Notes under the pieces: model-generated
What the model saw: the letters and a program-made list of their open reading frames with translations, nothing else
The model's database searches: none
What the model was told of the DNA's origin: nothing
Translations under genes and position numbers: made by a program
DNA from: Candidatus Gottesmanbacteria bacterium
GTDB taxonomy: Bacteria; Patescibacteriota; Microgenomatia; UBA10105; UBA927
Length of the DNA: 64,000 nucleotides
Direction of reading: 5' to 3'
NCBI GenBank assembly: GCA_023245335.1
Contig: JAHFKK010000001.1
Coordinates: 555,282-619,281, forward strand
Shown: piece by piece, positions 31,571-41,087 of the stretch
Layout: the number at the start of each line of letters is the position of its first letter
How positions within the stretch are numbered: the stretch's first letter is position 1

Positions 31571-31658
31571 TAGAAAAAGTATAGCAGTATCTGAAGCTAA
31601 TATCTATCGACTACATTACAATTTTGTGGTATTGCATACAAAAAAAATCTCTAATACA

Positions 31659-32501
31659 ATGATGCATATGCCGAAAATAAAAAAAGCAGCTAGTTTTGCA
31701 TCATCCGTTTCTCCTGTGAATATAGTACAAGCGCCTCCGGCTTCATATGCGATGCCCAGGAATGTCGTCATCCTTGTTGTCCTTTTGTGTATCGCATCGT
31801 TTTTGTTAGGGACGCTGTATACGAAAGTGCAATACCTTGAACAAAACGGAACTGCGGCAGCGCCCAAGCAAGGAACCACCGCTTCCAAATACAAATCATT
31901 TGAGGACGCCATGGCGGCGCTTGCCAAATCGGTGAAATTGGACAGCGGCAAATTGGTGGCCTGCATGAATAGCGGATCCGAAAAGTCAGTAATCGATAAA
32001 GATGTCGCCGAAGGCAATACGGTAGGCGTCACGGGAACTCCGGCATTTTTCATAAACGGCCGGCTTCTGGGCGGCGCGTTTCCCTATGACAGTTTCAAAG
32101 AAGTAATTGATAAGGAATTAGCCGGTACCGGTTCCAGCGATCCGACTGCTTATTCCCAGACGCTGCAGGACGCCGCGAAACAAGGTGCCTTTGATCCCAA
32201 AGTACACGCGGTGTCGGTCGGGGATGCCCATGTCCGCGGTAAAGTAGGGGCTCCGATCACCATTGTCGAATTTTCTGATTTCCAGTGTCCGTATTGTGAA
32301 CGCGTCTATCCGGTCGTCAAACAAGTCCTTAAAGACTACGGCGACAAAGTATTGCTCGCATACAAACAATTTCCGCTTGTGACAATCCATCCGCGCGCGG
32401 AAAAGTCAGCGGAAGCTGCAGCGTGTGCGTCTGTCCAGGGGAAATTCTGGGAGATGCATGACGCGCTATTCCAGAATCAGGCCGATTGGTCGTCACTTTA
32501 A
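31659..32501 (+). CDS. membrane-anchored DsbA-like thioredoxin-fold protein with circularly permuted domain order
   Basis: After the TM helix comes the C-terminal half of a DsbA fold (LDSGKLVACMNSG...GVTGTPAFFINGR), then a linker, then the N-terminal half (ITIVEFSDFQCPYCE...GKFWEMHDALFQNQADWSSL), then stop. The start is uncertain among 31659, 31662, 31668 and 31752. The longer ORF from 31314 overlaps macA and is rejected. Confidence 0.6.
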   Translation: MMHMPKIKKAASFASSVSPVNIVQAPPASYAMPRNVVILVVLLCIASFLLGTLYTKVQYLEQNGTAAAPKQGTTASKYKSFEDAMAALAKSVKLDSGKLVACMNSGSEKSVIDKDVAEGNTVGVTGTPAFFINGRLLGGAFPYDSFKEVIDKELAGTGSSDPTAYSQTLQDAAKQGAFDPKVHAVSVGDAHVRGKVGAPITIVEFSDFQCPYCERVYPVVKQVLKDYGDKVLLAYKQFPLVTIHPRAEKSAEAAACASVQGKFWEMHDALFQNQADWSSL

Positions 32502-32793
32502 AGATTTTTTCCATTATTTACCTTCAAGGATAAATCCTAGTGTAGTGCGTGCCGTCGCAGGCGGTACCGTTTCTTTGGTCGCTCAAAGAAATGGTGAAAA
32601 GAAAGAGCGCTGCAGTGAAGGTTTTCCGATATTTCTAACCTCGGGTACCACGGCGGAGCCTCGGCTGAGGAGCAGCCGTATCCACACGTCTATCACTCGG
32701 TAAGAAATATGACGGAAAACACTTCGAAGCGGATTATAATTTAGGTGTCATTGATACTTATATTCATTTATCCTATAATATCAACCATCTTAT

Positions 32794-33219
32794 ATGGCAG
32801 TGTCCTCTGCACGGGTTGAGCTATGGCGAAATTATGACGGCGATATGATACGCCGCCAAGTTGTTACGGGTATTGGTCCATACCCCGTACATATAGTCGA
32901 CAACTTATCTTTACGTCACAGAGCGACACGGTGGGGGAGCAATAATTCTGCTTTTCACCCTCCTTATTCTGAGTATGACGCGGCAAAAGAAGCCGCAAGG
33001 TTCACGGACACCCCGTTTGCGTCAATGAGAAATCTTCTTCATCTTCAAGTTTTTTCTTATAAACGCGTATCAAGTATACCTGTAATAGGAGTTGTTGAGA
33101 TTGATGCCACGAATCATGTTGAATCTTACCCGGTTCGTCAGGGATCATTTGATAATTGTTTACGTACGTTCTTGAGGTGGCACGCGCGTCAGGCTAGAGA
33201 GGGCGCTATATTAGAATAA
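32794..33219 (+). CDS. hypothetical protein (no recognisable domain)
   Basis: 141-aa ORF inside an otherwise ORF-poor 840-bp region. No ribosome-binding site. Confidence 0.2.
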   Translation: MAVSSARVELWRNYDGDMIRRQVVTGIGPYPVHIVDNLSLRHRATRWGSNNSAFHPPYSEYDAAKEAARFTDTPFASMRNLLHLQVFSYKRVSSIPVIGVVEIDATNHVESYPVRQGSFDNCLRTFLRWHARQAREGAILE

Positions 33220-33343
33220 TTTCCCTACAGGTTCTTCATCTGTTTTATGTTCAGTGTGTAAATGCAAAGATGAGATACTCCGTACGTATTTTCAGATCGG
33301 AGTAATGTATTCTGTGTTACACTACAAGAACAGCGAATAGCGT

Positions 33344-33913
33344 ATGTATGACAAAGAATTTCAAGAAAATAAAAGCAATAAGATGATATTTGTAATTATC
33401 GGTTTGGTGGCGATATGCGTAATCGTAGCCATCACTCGGCGCAACCAATTATTTATGACGCAGACAGTAACTCCTCCCACGCAAGGTGAAAAAATTATAT
33501 CCGGATCGTTCGATACGGCTAAATTTAAATCGGACGCCGAATGGAAAAAACTTTTGACGCCGGATCAGTATTACATACTCAGGCGGGCAGGCACAGAGGT
33601 TCCCTTTACCGGGAAGTTAGACCACGAAAACAGAAAGGGCACGTATTACAGTGCCGGATGTAACGAACCGGTCTTTCGTTCGGAGCAAAAGTATGATTCC
33701 GGTACCGGCTGGCCGTCATTCTGGGCGCCCATAAGTAACAACGCATTGGTTCTTCGGGAAGATGACAGCATACCGGGAGAGTCGAGGATAGAAGTATTGG
33801 ATACGTGCGGGGGACACCTAGGTCATGTGTTTGATGATGGGCCCGCACCCACCGGCAAACGCTACTGCATGAATTCCGCGGCCCTTGTCTTCGTGCCGGA
33901 TCAGAAACAATAA
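33344..33913 (+). CDS. msrB: peptide methionine-(R)-S-oxide reductase MsrB, membrane-anchored
   Basis: SelR domain motifs GTGWPSF, CGGHLGHVF and RYCMNS, preceded by an N-terminal TM helix. Confidence 0.88.
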   Translation: MYDKEFQENKSNKMIFVIIGLVAICVIVAITRRNQLFMTQTVTPPTQGEKIISGSFDTAKFKSDAEWKKLLTPDQYYILRRAGTEVPFTGKLDHENRKGTYYSAGCNEPVFRSEQKYDSGTGWPSFWAPISNNALVLREDDSIPGESRIEVLDTCGGHLGHVFDDGPAPTGKRYCMNSAALVFVPDQKQ

Positions 33914-33928
33914 GTACATCTAGTGGGA

Positions 33929-34963
33929 TTAGAACAGTGCTTCCTGTTGTTTCTTCGTTGGCTTTTTATCCATGTGGGCAAATGCTGCGGGAGTCACAGA
34001 GCGGCCACGGGGGGTACGCTTGAGAAACCCTATCTGCATGAGGTAGGGTTCCAAAACCTCTTCTACCGTCCCAATGTCTTCAGCGAGAGCCGCCGCCATG
34101 GTTTCTATCCCTACCGGTCCGCCGTCAAATTTGTCGATCATGAGGGTGAGAAGCCTGCGGTCGGAACGGTCAAGTCCCACGCTGTCGACTTCAAAAAGCG
34201 ATAGCGACCGGTCGAGAATCGGTATGGTGATGACGCCGACGCCTTCGACCTGGGCGACATCGCGTACGCGTTTGAGGAGCCGCAATGCGATCCTGGGTGT
34301 ACCCCGACTCCGTTTGGCGAGTTCTTTTTTGGCGATCGGATCCATTTTTACTTTCAGTTTTTTGGCCGCACGATCAAGGATTTCTTCGATTTCATCGGGC
34401 GCATAAAACTCAAGCCGGGATATGAGTCCGAACCTGTCCCGCATGGGCGATGAGAGAAGTCCCGCCCTGGTTGTCGCGCCGATTATGGTAAACGGCGGCA
34501 GGTCCAGGCGGACTGACCTTGCAGACGGACCTTTCCCTATGACGATATCCAACGCATAGTCTTCCATCGCCGGATACAGCGTCTCCTCTACGACTTTGTT
34601 GAGCCTATGGATTTCGTCGATGAAAAGGATGTCATTGGGTTCGAGGTTCGTAAGTATTGCGGCGAGGTCTCCGCTCCGTTCGATGGCAGGGCCGCTTGTT
34701 ACCCGGACATTGACTCCGAGTTCTTTACCGATAATATGCGCAAGCGTCGTCTTGCCAAGTCCCGGCGGACCGTAGAGAAGGATGTGCTCAAGCGGCTCTT
34801 TACGTTTTTTGGTTGCGGCAATTGCGATATGCAGTGCTTTTTTGACGCCAATCTGCCCCGCAAATTCCGACCAGTCGGAAGCCCGCAAAGAAACGAGGAG
34901 CGATTGTTCTTCCGGGGTGACCGCGTTTACCAAAGGATCGACTTCATCGTGTTTTTTGGCCAT
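33929..34963 (-). CDS. ruvB: Holliday junction branch-migration helicase RuvB
   Basis: AAA+ Walker [12 protein letters not shown] and a C-terminal winged helix. Confidence 0.95.
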   Translation of the reverse strand: MAKKHDEVDPLVNAVTPEEQSLLVSLRASDWSEFAGQIGVKKALHIAIAATKKRKEPLEHILLYGPPGLGKTTLAHIIGKELGVNVRVTSGPAIERSGDLAAILTNLEPNDILFIDEIHRLNKVVEETLYPAMEDYALDIVIGKGPSARSVRLDLPPFTIIGATTRAGLLSSPMRDRFGLISRLEFYAPDEIEEILDRAAKKLKVKMDPIAKKELAKRSRGTPRIALRLLKRVRDVAQVEGVGVITIPILDRSLSLFEVDSVGLDRSDRRLLTLMIDKFDGGPVGIETMAAALAEDIGTVEEVLEPYLMQIGFLKRTPRGRSVTPAAFAHMDKKPTKKQQEALF

Positions 34964-34966
34964 ACG

Positions 34967-35536
34967 TTATGATTTGCCTAAGTATTTGAGGGCATGACGG
35001 ATCTTGACTTCCAGTGGCCCATCAGGGAGTTTTTTGAGTACCTCACGTATTTCATTGCGGTCAAATCCCATAGAGGTAAGCGCGGCGCTTAACTCTTTCG
35101 TTTCTCCGCTTTCATCTTCGGGTAATGCGCCTGTTACACCGGTTAATTTACTCCGTAGCTCAATGATTATTTTTTGCGCGTTTTTCTTGCCGAGTCTCGG
35201 TACTGTCGTGAAGAAGTCCACGTCACCTTTTTCTATAGCGCGCCTGACGGCTGCCGCTTCGTGATCCATGACCGCAAGCGCGGTTTTGGGTCCTACACCG
35301 GATACGGTCAGGAGTAAATCAAACATGCCAAGTTCTTCACGGGACAAAAAGCCAAAAAGATCCAACGCGTCTTCGCGCACGTGTGTATGGATGTGGATGA
35401 CGACGGAAGCACCCTTTTTTAACTGATGACCGATACGGTTGGGGACATGAACGCTGTATCCCACCCCATGCACGTCCACAATGACGGGATTTACCCCATA
35501 GTCACTTGCGATAGTACCGGTGAGGAGTGCGATCAT
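34967..35536 (-). CDS. ruvA: Holliday junction DNA-binding protein RuvA
   Basis: 189 aa with OB and HhH domains. It lies 3 nt upstream of ruvB. Confidence 0.9.
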   Translation of the reverse strand: MIALLTGTIASDYGVNPVIVDVHGVGYSVHVPNRIGHQLKKGASVVIHIHTHVREDALDLFGFLSREELGMFDLLLTVSGVGPKTALAVMDHEAAAVRRAIEKGDVDFFTTVPRLGKKNAQKIIIELRSKLTGVTGALPEDESGETKELSAALTSMGFDRNEIREVLKKLPDGPLEVKIRHALKYLGKS

Positions 35537-35558
35537 AGGTCGATCACAGAGTAGCAGA

Positions 35559-36059
35559 TTAGCGGGACTTTTGCATGTGCCGCCTCATTTTATATGAGTA
35601 GGCATGCGTTGCCGCTATCGCGAGCGCGTCCGCAGTGTCATCCGGTTTGGGGATTTCCTTGAGATGAAGAAGTTTCGTGATCATCCGGCCTACCTGTTCT
35701 TTGGGGGCAGTACCGGTGCCGCAGATAGCTTTTTTGACCGCGACGGGACTGTAGGAAGCGACCGGTATGTCCTGTTCGGCGGCAGAGAGAAGTATGACTC
35801 CCCGGGCCTGACCCACGGCGATCGCAGTTTTGGCATTGGTGGCGAAAAAAAGGTCCTCGACGCTGACGCAGTCGGGTTTCAGTGCTTTCAGGAGTTTCGT
35901 CATCGAGTGAAAGATCACCGAGAGACGTTTTTCCGCAAGTTCGTCTTTTTCTGTCGTGATGCATCCGTACTTCAACGTGGTGAGCCTGCCGAAATTTTCT
36001 TCGATAAGTCCCCATCCCACCCGCGCGGTTCCGGGGTCTATACCAAGTATGCGTATCAT
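35559..36059 (-). CDS. ruvC: crossover junction endodeoxyribonuclease RuvC
   Basis: Starts at MIRILGIDPG (ATG at 36059) with catalytic Asp/Glu residues. The 285-aa track ORF (to 36416) is an artefactual upstream extension. Confidence 0.88.
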   Translation of the reverse strand: MIRILGIDPGTARVGWGLIEENFGRLTTLKYGCITTEKDELAEKRLSVIFHSMTKLLKALKPDCVSVEDLFFATNAKTAIAVGQARGVILLSAAEQDIPVASYSPVAVKKAICGTGTAPKEQVGRMITKLLHLKEIPKPDDTADALAIAATHAYSYKMRRHMQKSR

Positions 36060-36123
36060 GTGAACGAAGTTTAGCACGATAACAATGCGCTTTTCCAGAA
36101 GCCAGGTATTATAATAGGTATAT

Positions 36124-36519
36124 ATGTCAGCATTGCAGTTTATTTTGGCGGCATTCGGAAGCGCAATCGTTATTTCCGTAGCGAGTCTGGTGTGGCCCAA
36201 AGTGACGACGAAGCCCAGCCCCCAGGCACTCACGCAGGTCCGTAACGTTGTGGTGCAGACGCCGCTCGGAAAACAAGCTGCGGATGTATTGGGAGTGAGC
36301 GATACGCAACCGGCAGCACCGGTTAATGTGCGTGACTGGGCAGTTACCCAGGGAAATGCGATTGTGGCGAATATAGAGGATTCCGCATCCCAGGCTGTGG
36401 TATCCCAGGTCGTCAAGCAGATGTTGGGCCAGATAGATAAACTGCCGGATAATCAGAAAGTACAATTACAGCAAATCCTTTGTTCCACTCCCGCGGCATC
36501 TTCGTCCGCAATGAAATGA
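36124..36519 (+). CDS. hypothetical small secreted/membrane protein
   Basis: 131 aa with a hydrophobic N-terminus and a TATAAT-like box just upstream. Confidence 0.4.
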   Translation: MSALQFILAAFGSAIVISVASLVWPKVTTKPSPQALTQVRNVVVQTPLGKQAADVLGVSDTQPAAPVNVRDWAVTQGNAIVANIEDSASQAVVSQVVKQMLGQIDKLPDNQKVQLQQILCSTPAASSSAMK

Positions 36520-36525
36520 CCTCGC

Positions 36526-36554
36526 TTGACAAATGCAACTAAGTTGCATATACT
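36526..36554 (+). promoter_or_regulatory. sigma70 promoter TTGACA-N17-TATACT with an embedded palindromic operator (ATGCAACT-a-AGTTGCAT), candidate Zur box
   Basis: Perfect -35 (36526-31) and -10 (36549-54) hexamers. The spacer holds an 8-1-8 perfect inverted repeat (36533-36549). The zur ATG lies 7 nt after the -10, so the transcript is probably leaderless. Confidence 0.65.
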
Positions 36555-36560
36555 TGCCAT

Positions 36561-36989
36561 ATGTTCAGTATAAAAATTCATAATTGTTCCGACGAATTGA
36601 GAAATGCAGATCTCAAAGCCACTCCCGCGCGTCTTGGTGTACTTGCCGTTCTCGAGCATACGGATAAGCCGCTTGATGTACAGTCGATTACGTCAAGCCT
36701 TCATCGTCTAGGGGTCATGATGGATAGAGTAACGCTATTTCGAATACTGAACACGCTGACACAAAAAAGCATACTGAAACCCATCCAGTTCAATGAAGGA
36801 AAGCTTCGCTATGAGTACGCTGCGAAGCCGGAGCATCACCATTTTGTCTGCGAAAAGTGCGGTCAGATTGAAGATATAGAAGATTGTAACGTCGGGTCTC
36901 TTATAAAAAATATTTCATCGAAGAAAGGAGTACTGGTTAAGCGACACTCGTTGGAATTTTTCGGCTTGTGTGCTGATTGCCAGGATTGA
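36561..36989 (+). CDS. zur: Fur-family metalloregulator, probably Zur
   Basis: Fur-family DNA-binding winged helix and a C-terminal HHHFVCEKCG...CADCQ metal site. It is followed directly by znuACB-type genes. Confidence 0.8.
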   Translation: MFSIKIHNCSDELRNADLKATPARLGVLAVLEHTDKPLDVQSITSSLHRLGVMMDRVTLFRILNTLTQKSILKPIQFNEGKLRYEYAAKPEHHHFVCEKCGQIEDIEDCNVGSLIKNISSKKGVLVKRHSLEFFGLCADCQD

Positions 36990-36994
36990 ATTTT

Positions 36995-37912
36995 ATGAAA
37001 AAAATATTGGTATTACTGGGAACTCTCGTAATTGTGGGACTTTTTGGATTAACTATAGTGAACGGAAAGAAATCCACTATATCCCCAAGCGGTAAGTTGA
37101 AAGTCGCGACATCCTTCTACCCGTTATATTATTTTGCTTCACAAATCGGTGGGAATAAAGTAGTCGTACAGAATATTACCCCGTCAGGAGCGGAGCCGCA
37201 TGATTACGATCCCTCTACTCGTGATATGGCAACGATTGAAAAGGGTAGCATGCTTATCTTGAATGGCGGAGTAGAGAGCTGGGGAGATAAAATTAAGGCG
37301 AACCTTAAAGGAACGAATGTGCTTGTCGTGACAGCAGGGGAAGGTTTACTGACGCAAACGGTCATGGAGGAAGGGAAGAATCAGATCGATCCTCATGTGT
37401 GGCTCGATCCGCAGAGCGCGAAAAAAGAAGTCAATGCCATTCTTCAGGGATACCTGAAAGTAGATCCCAAGAACCGTGACTATTATTACGCCAACGCAAA
37501 TGCACTTCTTGCCCAACTCGATTCATTGGACGCTGCATATGCTAAAGGTCTCGCCACTTGTCAGAAGAAGGATATCATTACATCGCATGCGGCATTCGGA
37601 TACCTTGCTACACGGTACCATCTGACACAGGTGCCGATTGCGGGATTGTCGCCTGATGCGGAACCGTCGGCGCAACAGCTTGCCGACGTGGTTCAGTTCG
37701 CACAAGCGAATCACATAACGTATATATTTTTTGAAAGCCTGATAAGTCCGAAGCTGTCTCAGACGATCGCAACCGAGATTGGTGCCCGAACAATGGTACT
37801 TGATCCAATTGAAGGAGTCGCCGATACTGACATGAAAGCGGGAAAGAATTACTATACAATTATGCAGGATAACCTGAAAGCTCTGCAAACGGCCCTCCAA
37901 TGCACACAATAG
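36995..37912 (+). CDS. znuA: zinc/manganese ABC transporter substrate-binding protein (ZnuA/TroA family)
   Basis: Lipoprotein-like signal and the TroA-like cluster-9 solute-binding protein fold motifs. Start at MKKILVLLG. Confidence 0.85.
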   Translation: MKKILVLLGTLVIVGLFGLTIVNGKKSTISPSGKLKVATSFYPLYYFASQIGGNKVVVQNITPSGAEPHDYDPSTRDMATIEKGSMLILNGGVESWGDKIKANLKGTNVLVVTAGEGLLTQTVMEEGKNQIDPHVWLDPQSAKKEVNAILQGYLKVDPKNRDYYYANANALLAQLDSLDAAYAKGLATCQKKDIITSHAAFGYLATRYHLTQVPIAGLSPDAEPSAQQLADVVQFAQANHITYIFFESLISPKLSQTIATEIGARTMVLDPIEGVADTDMKAGKNYYTIMQDNLKALQTALQCTQ

Positions 37913-38682
37913 ATCACACCATAAGCATTATTGAGCTCGATAAAGTTTCTTATACGTTCGGGGGAGCGGAGTATGCCGTAAAGGATGTTTCTTTTAATAT
38001 TCATCGGGGAGATTATTTGGGAGTTATTGGACCGAATGGCGGCGGGAAGACGACACTCGTGAAGCTCATGCTGGGTTTACTCCAACCCTCAAAAGGTAGC
38101 ATTAAATTATTTGGTCAGGATATCCGTTCGTTCAGAGACTGGTATAAGATCGGGTACGTTCCTCAAAAGACAACACTCTTTGATGCAAATTTTCCGGTGA
38201 CGGTAGAAGAAGTGGTCTCGATGGGTACTTACGCAAAACGGGGTTTGTTTCACTTTACCACCGTCGAAGATCGCAAAAAAGTTCATGACGCGCTTGTACA
38301 GGTAGAAATGCTTCAATATAAAAAACGATTGATAGGCGATCTTTCTGGAGGACAACAGCAGCGGGTATTTATTGCGCGGGCTCTTGCGGCAGAGCCGGAA
38401 GTTATATTTCTCGATGAGCCGACGGTCGGTGTAGATACCGCAACACAAGAACAATTCTATTTATTATTGCGTAAACTCAACCGTAAACTCGACCTCACTC
38501 TTGTCCTGGTATTACACGAGTTGGACGTTGTGGCACGTGAAGCAACGGAAATCGTCTGTATTAACAGCAACTTAGTAAGTTATTGCACCCCCGAAGAACT
38601 TATCAAAACCGGCGGCATCGAGAAACTCTATGGGAAAGAATTGAGATATATCCTGCATGATCATGGGAGTATATCCCGATAA
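37900..38682 (+). CDS. znuC: zinc ABC transporter ATP-binding protein
   Basis: Walker A GPNGGGKTT, signature LSGGQQQRV, Walker B. Confidence 0.88.
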   Translation: MHTIDHTISIIELDKVSYTFGGAEYAVKDVSFNIHRGDYLGVIGPNGGGKTTLVKLMLGLLQPSKGSIKLFGQDIRSFRDWYKIGYVPQKTTLFDANFPVTVEEVVSMGTYAKRGLFHFTTVEDRKKVHDALVQVEMLQYKKRLIGDLSGGQQQRVFIARALAAEPEVIFLDEPTVGVDTATQEQFYLLLRKLNRKLDLTLVLVLHELDVVAREATEIVCINSNLVSYCTPEELIKTGGIEKLYGKELRYILHDHGSISR

Positions 38683-38684
38683 AT

Positions 38685-39488
38685 ATGTTTGACTTATTTC
38701 AATATAGCTTTATTATCCGCGGGTTTGAGGCAGGAATCATTGTCGCCCTCATTGCACCAATTATCGGTATATTTCTTGTGCTTCGACGGTATTCGCTTAT
38801 TGCTGACACGCTTTCGCATGTCTCGCTAGCAGGTGTCGCCATTGGACTGCTATTACGCTTGAATCCGTTGGTAACGGCTATTATTACGTCTGTGGCGTCG
38901 TCGGTGGCTATCGAGCGGTTGCGTTTATCCAAAAAGGTGTACGGTGAGTCTGCACTCGCTATTTTCCTTTCGGGTAGTTTGGCTGTCGCAATTGTCCTTA
39001 TCAGTCTTTCGCACGGGTTTAATGTCGACATTTTTAATTATCTTTTTGGTAGCATACTCACCGTCAAGCAATCAGATGTCTGGCTCATTGCCGTGCTTGG
39101 GGTAGCAGTTTTACTTGCCGTTGTGTCCTGTTATAAAGAGCTTGTCTATATCACATTTGATGAGGAATCTGCGCAAGTGAGTGGCGTACCCACCAAAGCG
39201 CTCAACCTCCTTCTTATAGCGCTCGCAGCACTTACCGTGTCGGTCGCGATTCCCATCGTAGGAGTACTTCTCATCGCCGCGCTCATCGTCATCCCGGTCG
39301 TAGCGGCACTGCAGCTCAAACAGAGTTTCAGGCGAACGATTATTATTGCGGAATGCATTTCCGTATTTTCTGTTATTGTCGGTATCATTGCTTCCTTTTA
39401 CCTCAATACTTCATCAGGCGGTACGATTGTGCTCATTTCGCTTCTTATTTTCCTCGTGCTTTTCGCATTCAAAAATCCACGAGGGTAA
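38685..39488 (+). CDS. znuB: zinc ABC transporter permease
   Basis: 267 aa with eight TM helices, ABC-3 family. Confidence 0.85.
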   Translation: MFDLFQYSFIIRGFEAGIIVALIAPIIGIFLVLRRYSLIADTLSHVSLAGVAIGLLLRLNPLVTAIITSVASSVAIERLRLSKKVYGESALAIFLSGSLAVAIVLISLSHGFNVDIFNYLFGSILTVKQSDVWLIAVLGVAVLLAVVSCYKELVYITFDEESAQVSGVPTKALNLLLIALAALTVSVAIPIVGVLLIAALIVIPVVAALQLKQSFRRTIIIAECISVFSVIVGIIASFYLNTSSGGTIVLISLLIFLVLFAFKNPRG

Positions 39489-39528
39489 ACATGTAAGTGT
39501 CGTCAGGTATCCATGGTAGAATACATTC

Positions 39529-40539
39529 ATGGACGAAGAACTGAAAACCAGAGCGACAGAGCTTATCACCAAGTTAAATCTCGATGGCATGCGGAAAGAA
39601 ATCCGTGAGCGGGAAGCCGAGACGATGCATCCTGATTTTTGGAAAGAACCCGAACGTGCGGCCAAGAGGATGCAGGAGTTGTCCGGCTTCCAGAAAGAAC
39701 TTGCCGAAGGTGAGGAGTTTGCCCTATTATTGGAACTTGGTGATGAAGCGGCACTGGCAAAAGAAATCACCCGTTTGGAATTTGCGCTTTACCTTTCCGG
39801 TCCGTATGACAAAGGAAACGCAATACTCGCGCTCCATGCCGGACAGGGCGGGACAGAAGCCATGGACTGGACGCAAATGTTGTACAGGATGTATACGCGC
39901 TATATAGAACGGAAGGGCTGGAAAGCGGAGGAGATGGATTACACGCCGGGAGACGAAGCGGGGATAAAAAGTATCACTCTGGAAGTCAACGGCAGATTTG
40001 CGTTTGGATTCCTCAAGGCAGAAGCAGGCGTGCACCGGCTTGTGCGTCAGTCACCCTTTAACGCGGATAAATTGCGACAGACGTCTTTTGCCATGGTTGA
40101 GGTACTGCCGATTATTGACGAGGAAGTGGGTCCGGACATACGCGAAGAGGATTTGGAATGGGAGTTCTATCGAAGCGGCGGTAAAGGCGGCCAAAACGTG
40201 AATAAGGTTTCGACTGCAGTGCGGTTGAAACACAAGCCCACAGGGATTATCGTCGCAAGCCAGGCGCAGCGGTATCAGGGGCAAAATCGTGAGTTCGCAC
40301 TCAAAATGCTCCGTGCGAAACTTTGGGAGGCGGAAAATGAAAAGCGGCTGGCCCAGGAAAAGGAATTGCGCGGGGTGTATAAAACTCCCGGATGGGGGAA
40401 TCAGATCCGGTCCTATGTATTGCATCCGTATCATATGGTCAAGGATTTGCGTACCGAGTATGAAACATCAGATACGGTAAGCGTCCTGGATGGGAATCTT
40501 GAGGATTTTATACTCGCATACTTGAAAAAATATTCGTAA
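39529..40539 (+). CDS. prfB: peptide chain release factor 2 (in-frame, no programmed +1 frameshift)
   Basis: SPF tripeptide (RF2-specific) and GGQ motif. The N-terminus is continuous in one frame, and no CTT TGA C shift site is present. Confidence 0.9.
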   Translation: MDEELKTRATELITKLNLDGMRKEIREREAETMHPDFWKEPERAAKRMQELSGFQKELAEGEEFALLLELGDEAALAKEITRLEFALYLSGPYDKGNAILALHAGQGGTEAMDWTQMLYRMYTRYIERKGWKAEEMDYTPGDEAGIKSITLEVNGRFAFGFLKAEAGVHRLVRQSPFNADKLRQTSFAMVEVLPIIDEEVGPDIREEDLEWEFYRSGGKGGQNVNKVSTAVRLKHKPTGIIVASQAQRYQGQNREFALKMLRAKLWEAENEKRLAQEKELRGVYKTPGWGNQIRSYVLHPYHMVKDLRTEYETSDTVSVLDGNLEDFILAYLKKYS

Positions 40540-40560
40540 GACCTGATAATGAGATAACCT

Positions 40561-41073
40561 ATGAGACCTATGCCGAATAAAACGATACGGCAGACGACAG
40601 ACGAACCGGAAACGCTCGCAGGTGATACGGTTCTGCGTCCCATAGACGCGAGAGACAATAAACCGATTATGAAGCAACTGAAGAAAAATTCATTCGTCAT
40701 TTTGGGCGTCTACATAGTCCTCATTCTTTTCGGTGTGGGGACCGGATATCTCCTCGCGACCAAAAGCTCATTGGGAACTCCGGGTGCTCCTAAGGGGACG
40801 CCGATAAATACGGCGAAGGTCGTGGGAGTCCAGGATGCCTCGACGTTCAAAGACTGCGCGACCGGAAAAATAGAAAAAGGCGGTTTGGATGGGGAAGGCA
40901 CACATAGTCTCGTTCGCGATGGCGGCCCGTCCCAAACTGCATATCTCATATCTTCTGTCGTAGACCTCGACCAATACGTCGGCTTGACCGTAAAAGTCTG
41001 CGGCCAGACGTTACAAGGCAAAAAAGTGTCGTGGCTCATGGACGTCGGACGACTTGAGCTTCAAGGAAAGTAA
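40561..41073 (+). CDS. hypothetical membrane-anchored protein
   Basis: 170 aa with one TM helix. No domain recognised. Confidence 0.4.
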   Translation: MRPMPNKTIRQTTDEPETLAGDTVLRPIDARDNKPIMKQLKKNSFVILGVYIVLILFGVGTGYLLATKSSLGTPGAPKGTPINTAKVVGVQDASTFKDCATGKIEKGGLDGEGTHSLVRDGGPSQTAYLISSVVDLDQYVGLTVKVCGQTLQGKKVSWLMDVGRLELQGK

Positions 41074-41087
41074 GTTGAGTACCAGGG

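Noticed and set aside
31314-31658. Upstream 115-codon extension of the DsbA-like ORF overlapping macA on the opposite strand
   Set aside because: It lies entirely inside the well-supported HlyD/MacA gene. The first in-frame ATGs after the macA start are at 31659-31668.
35559-36416. 285-aa minus-strand ORF that extends ruvC about 120 residues upstream
   Set aside because: The RuvC homology starts at MIRILGIDPG (ATG 36059). The upstream part has no RuvC similarity and would overlap a plausible plus-strand gene (36124..36519). It is treated as an ORF-caller read-through.
39529-39640. Programmed +1 frameshift site in prfB (CTT TGA C)
   Set aside because: No such heptamer is present. The N-terminal 18 residues and the rest of RF2 are in one continuous frame, so this RF2 is encoded in-frame.
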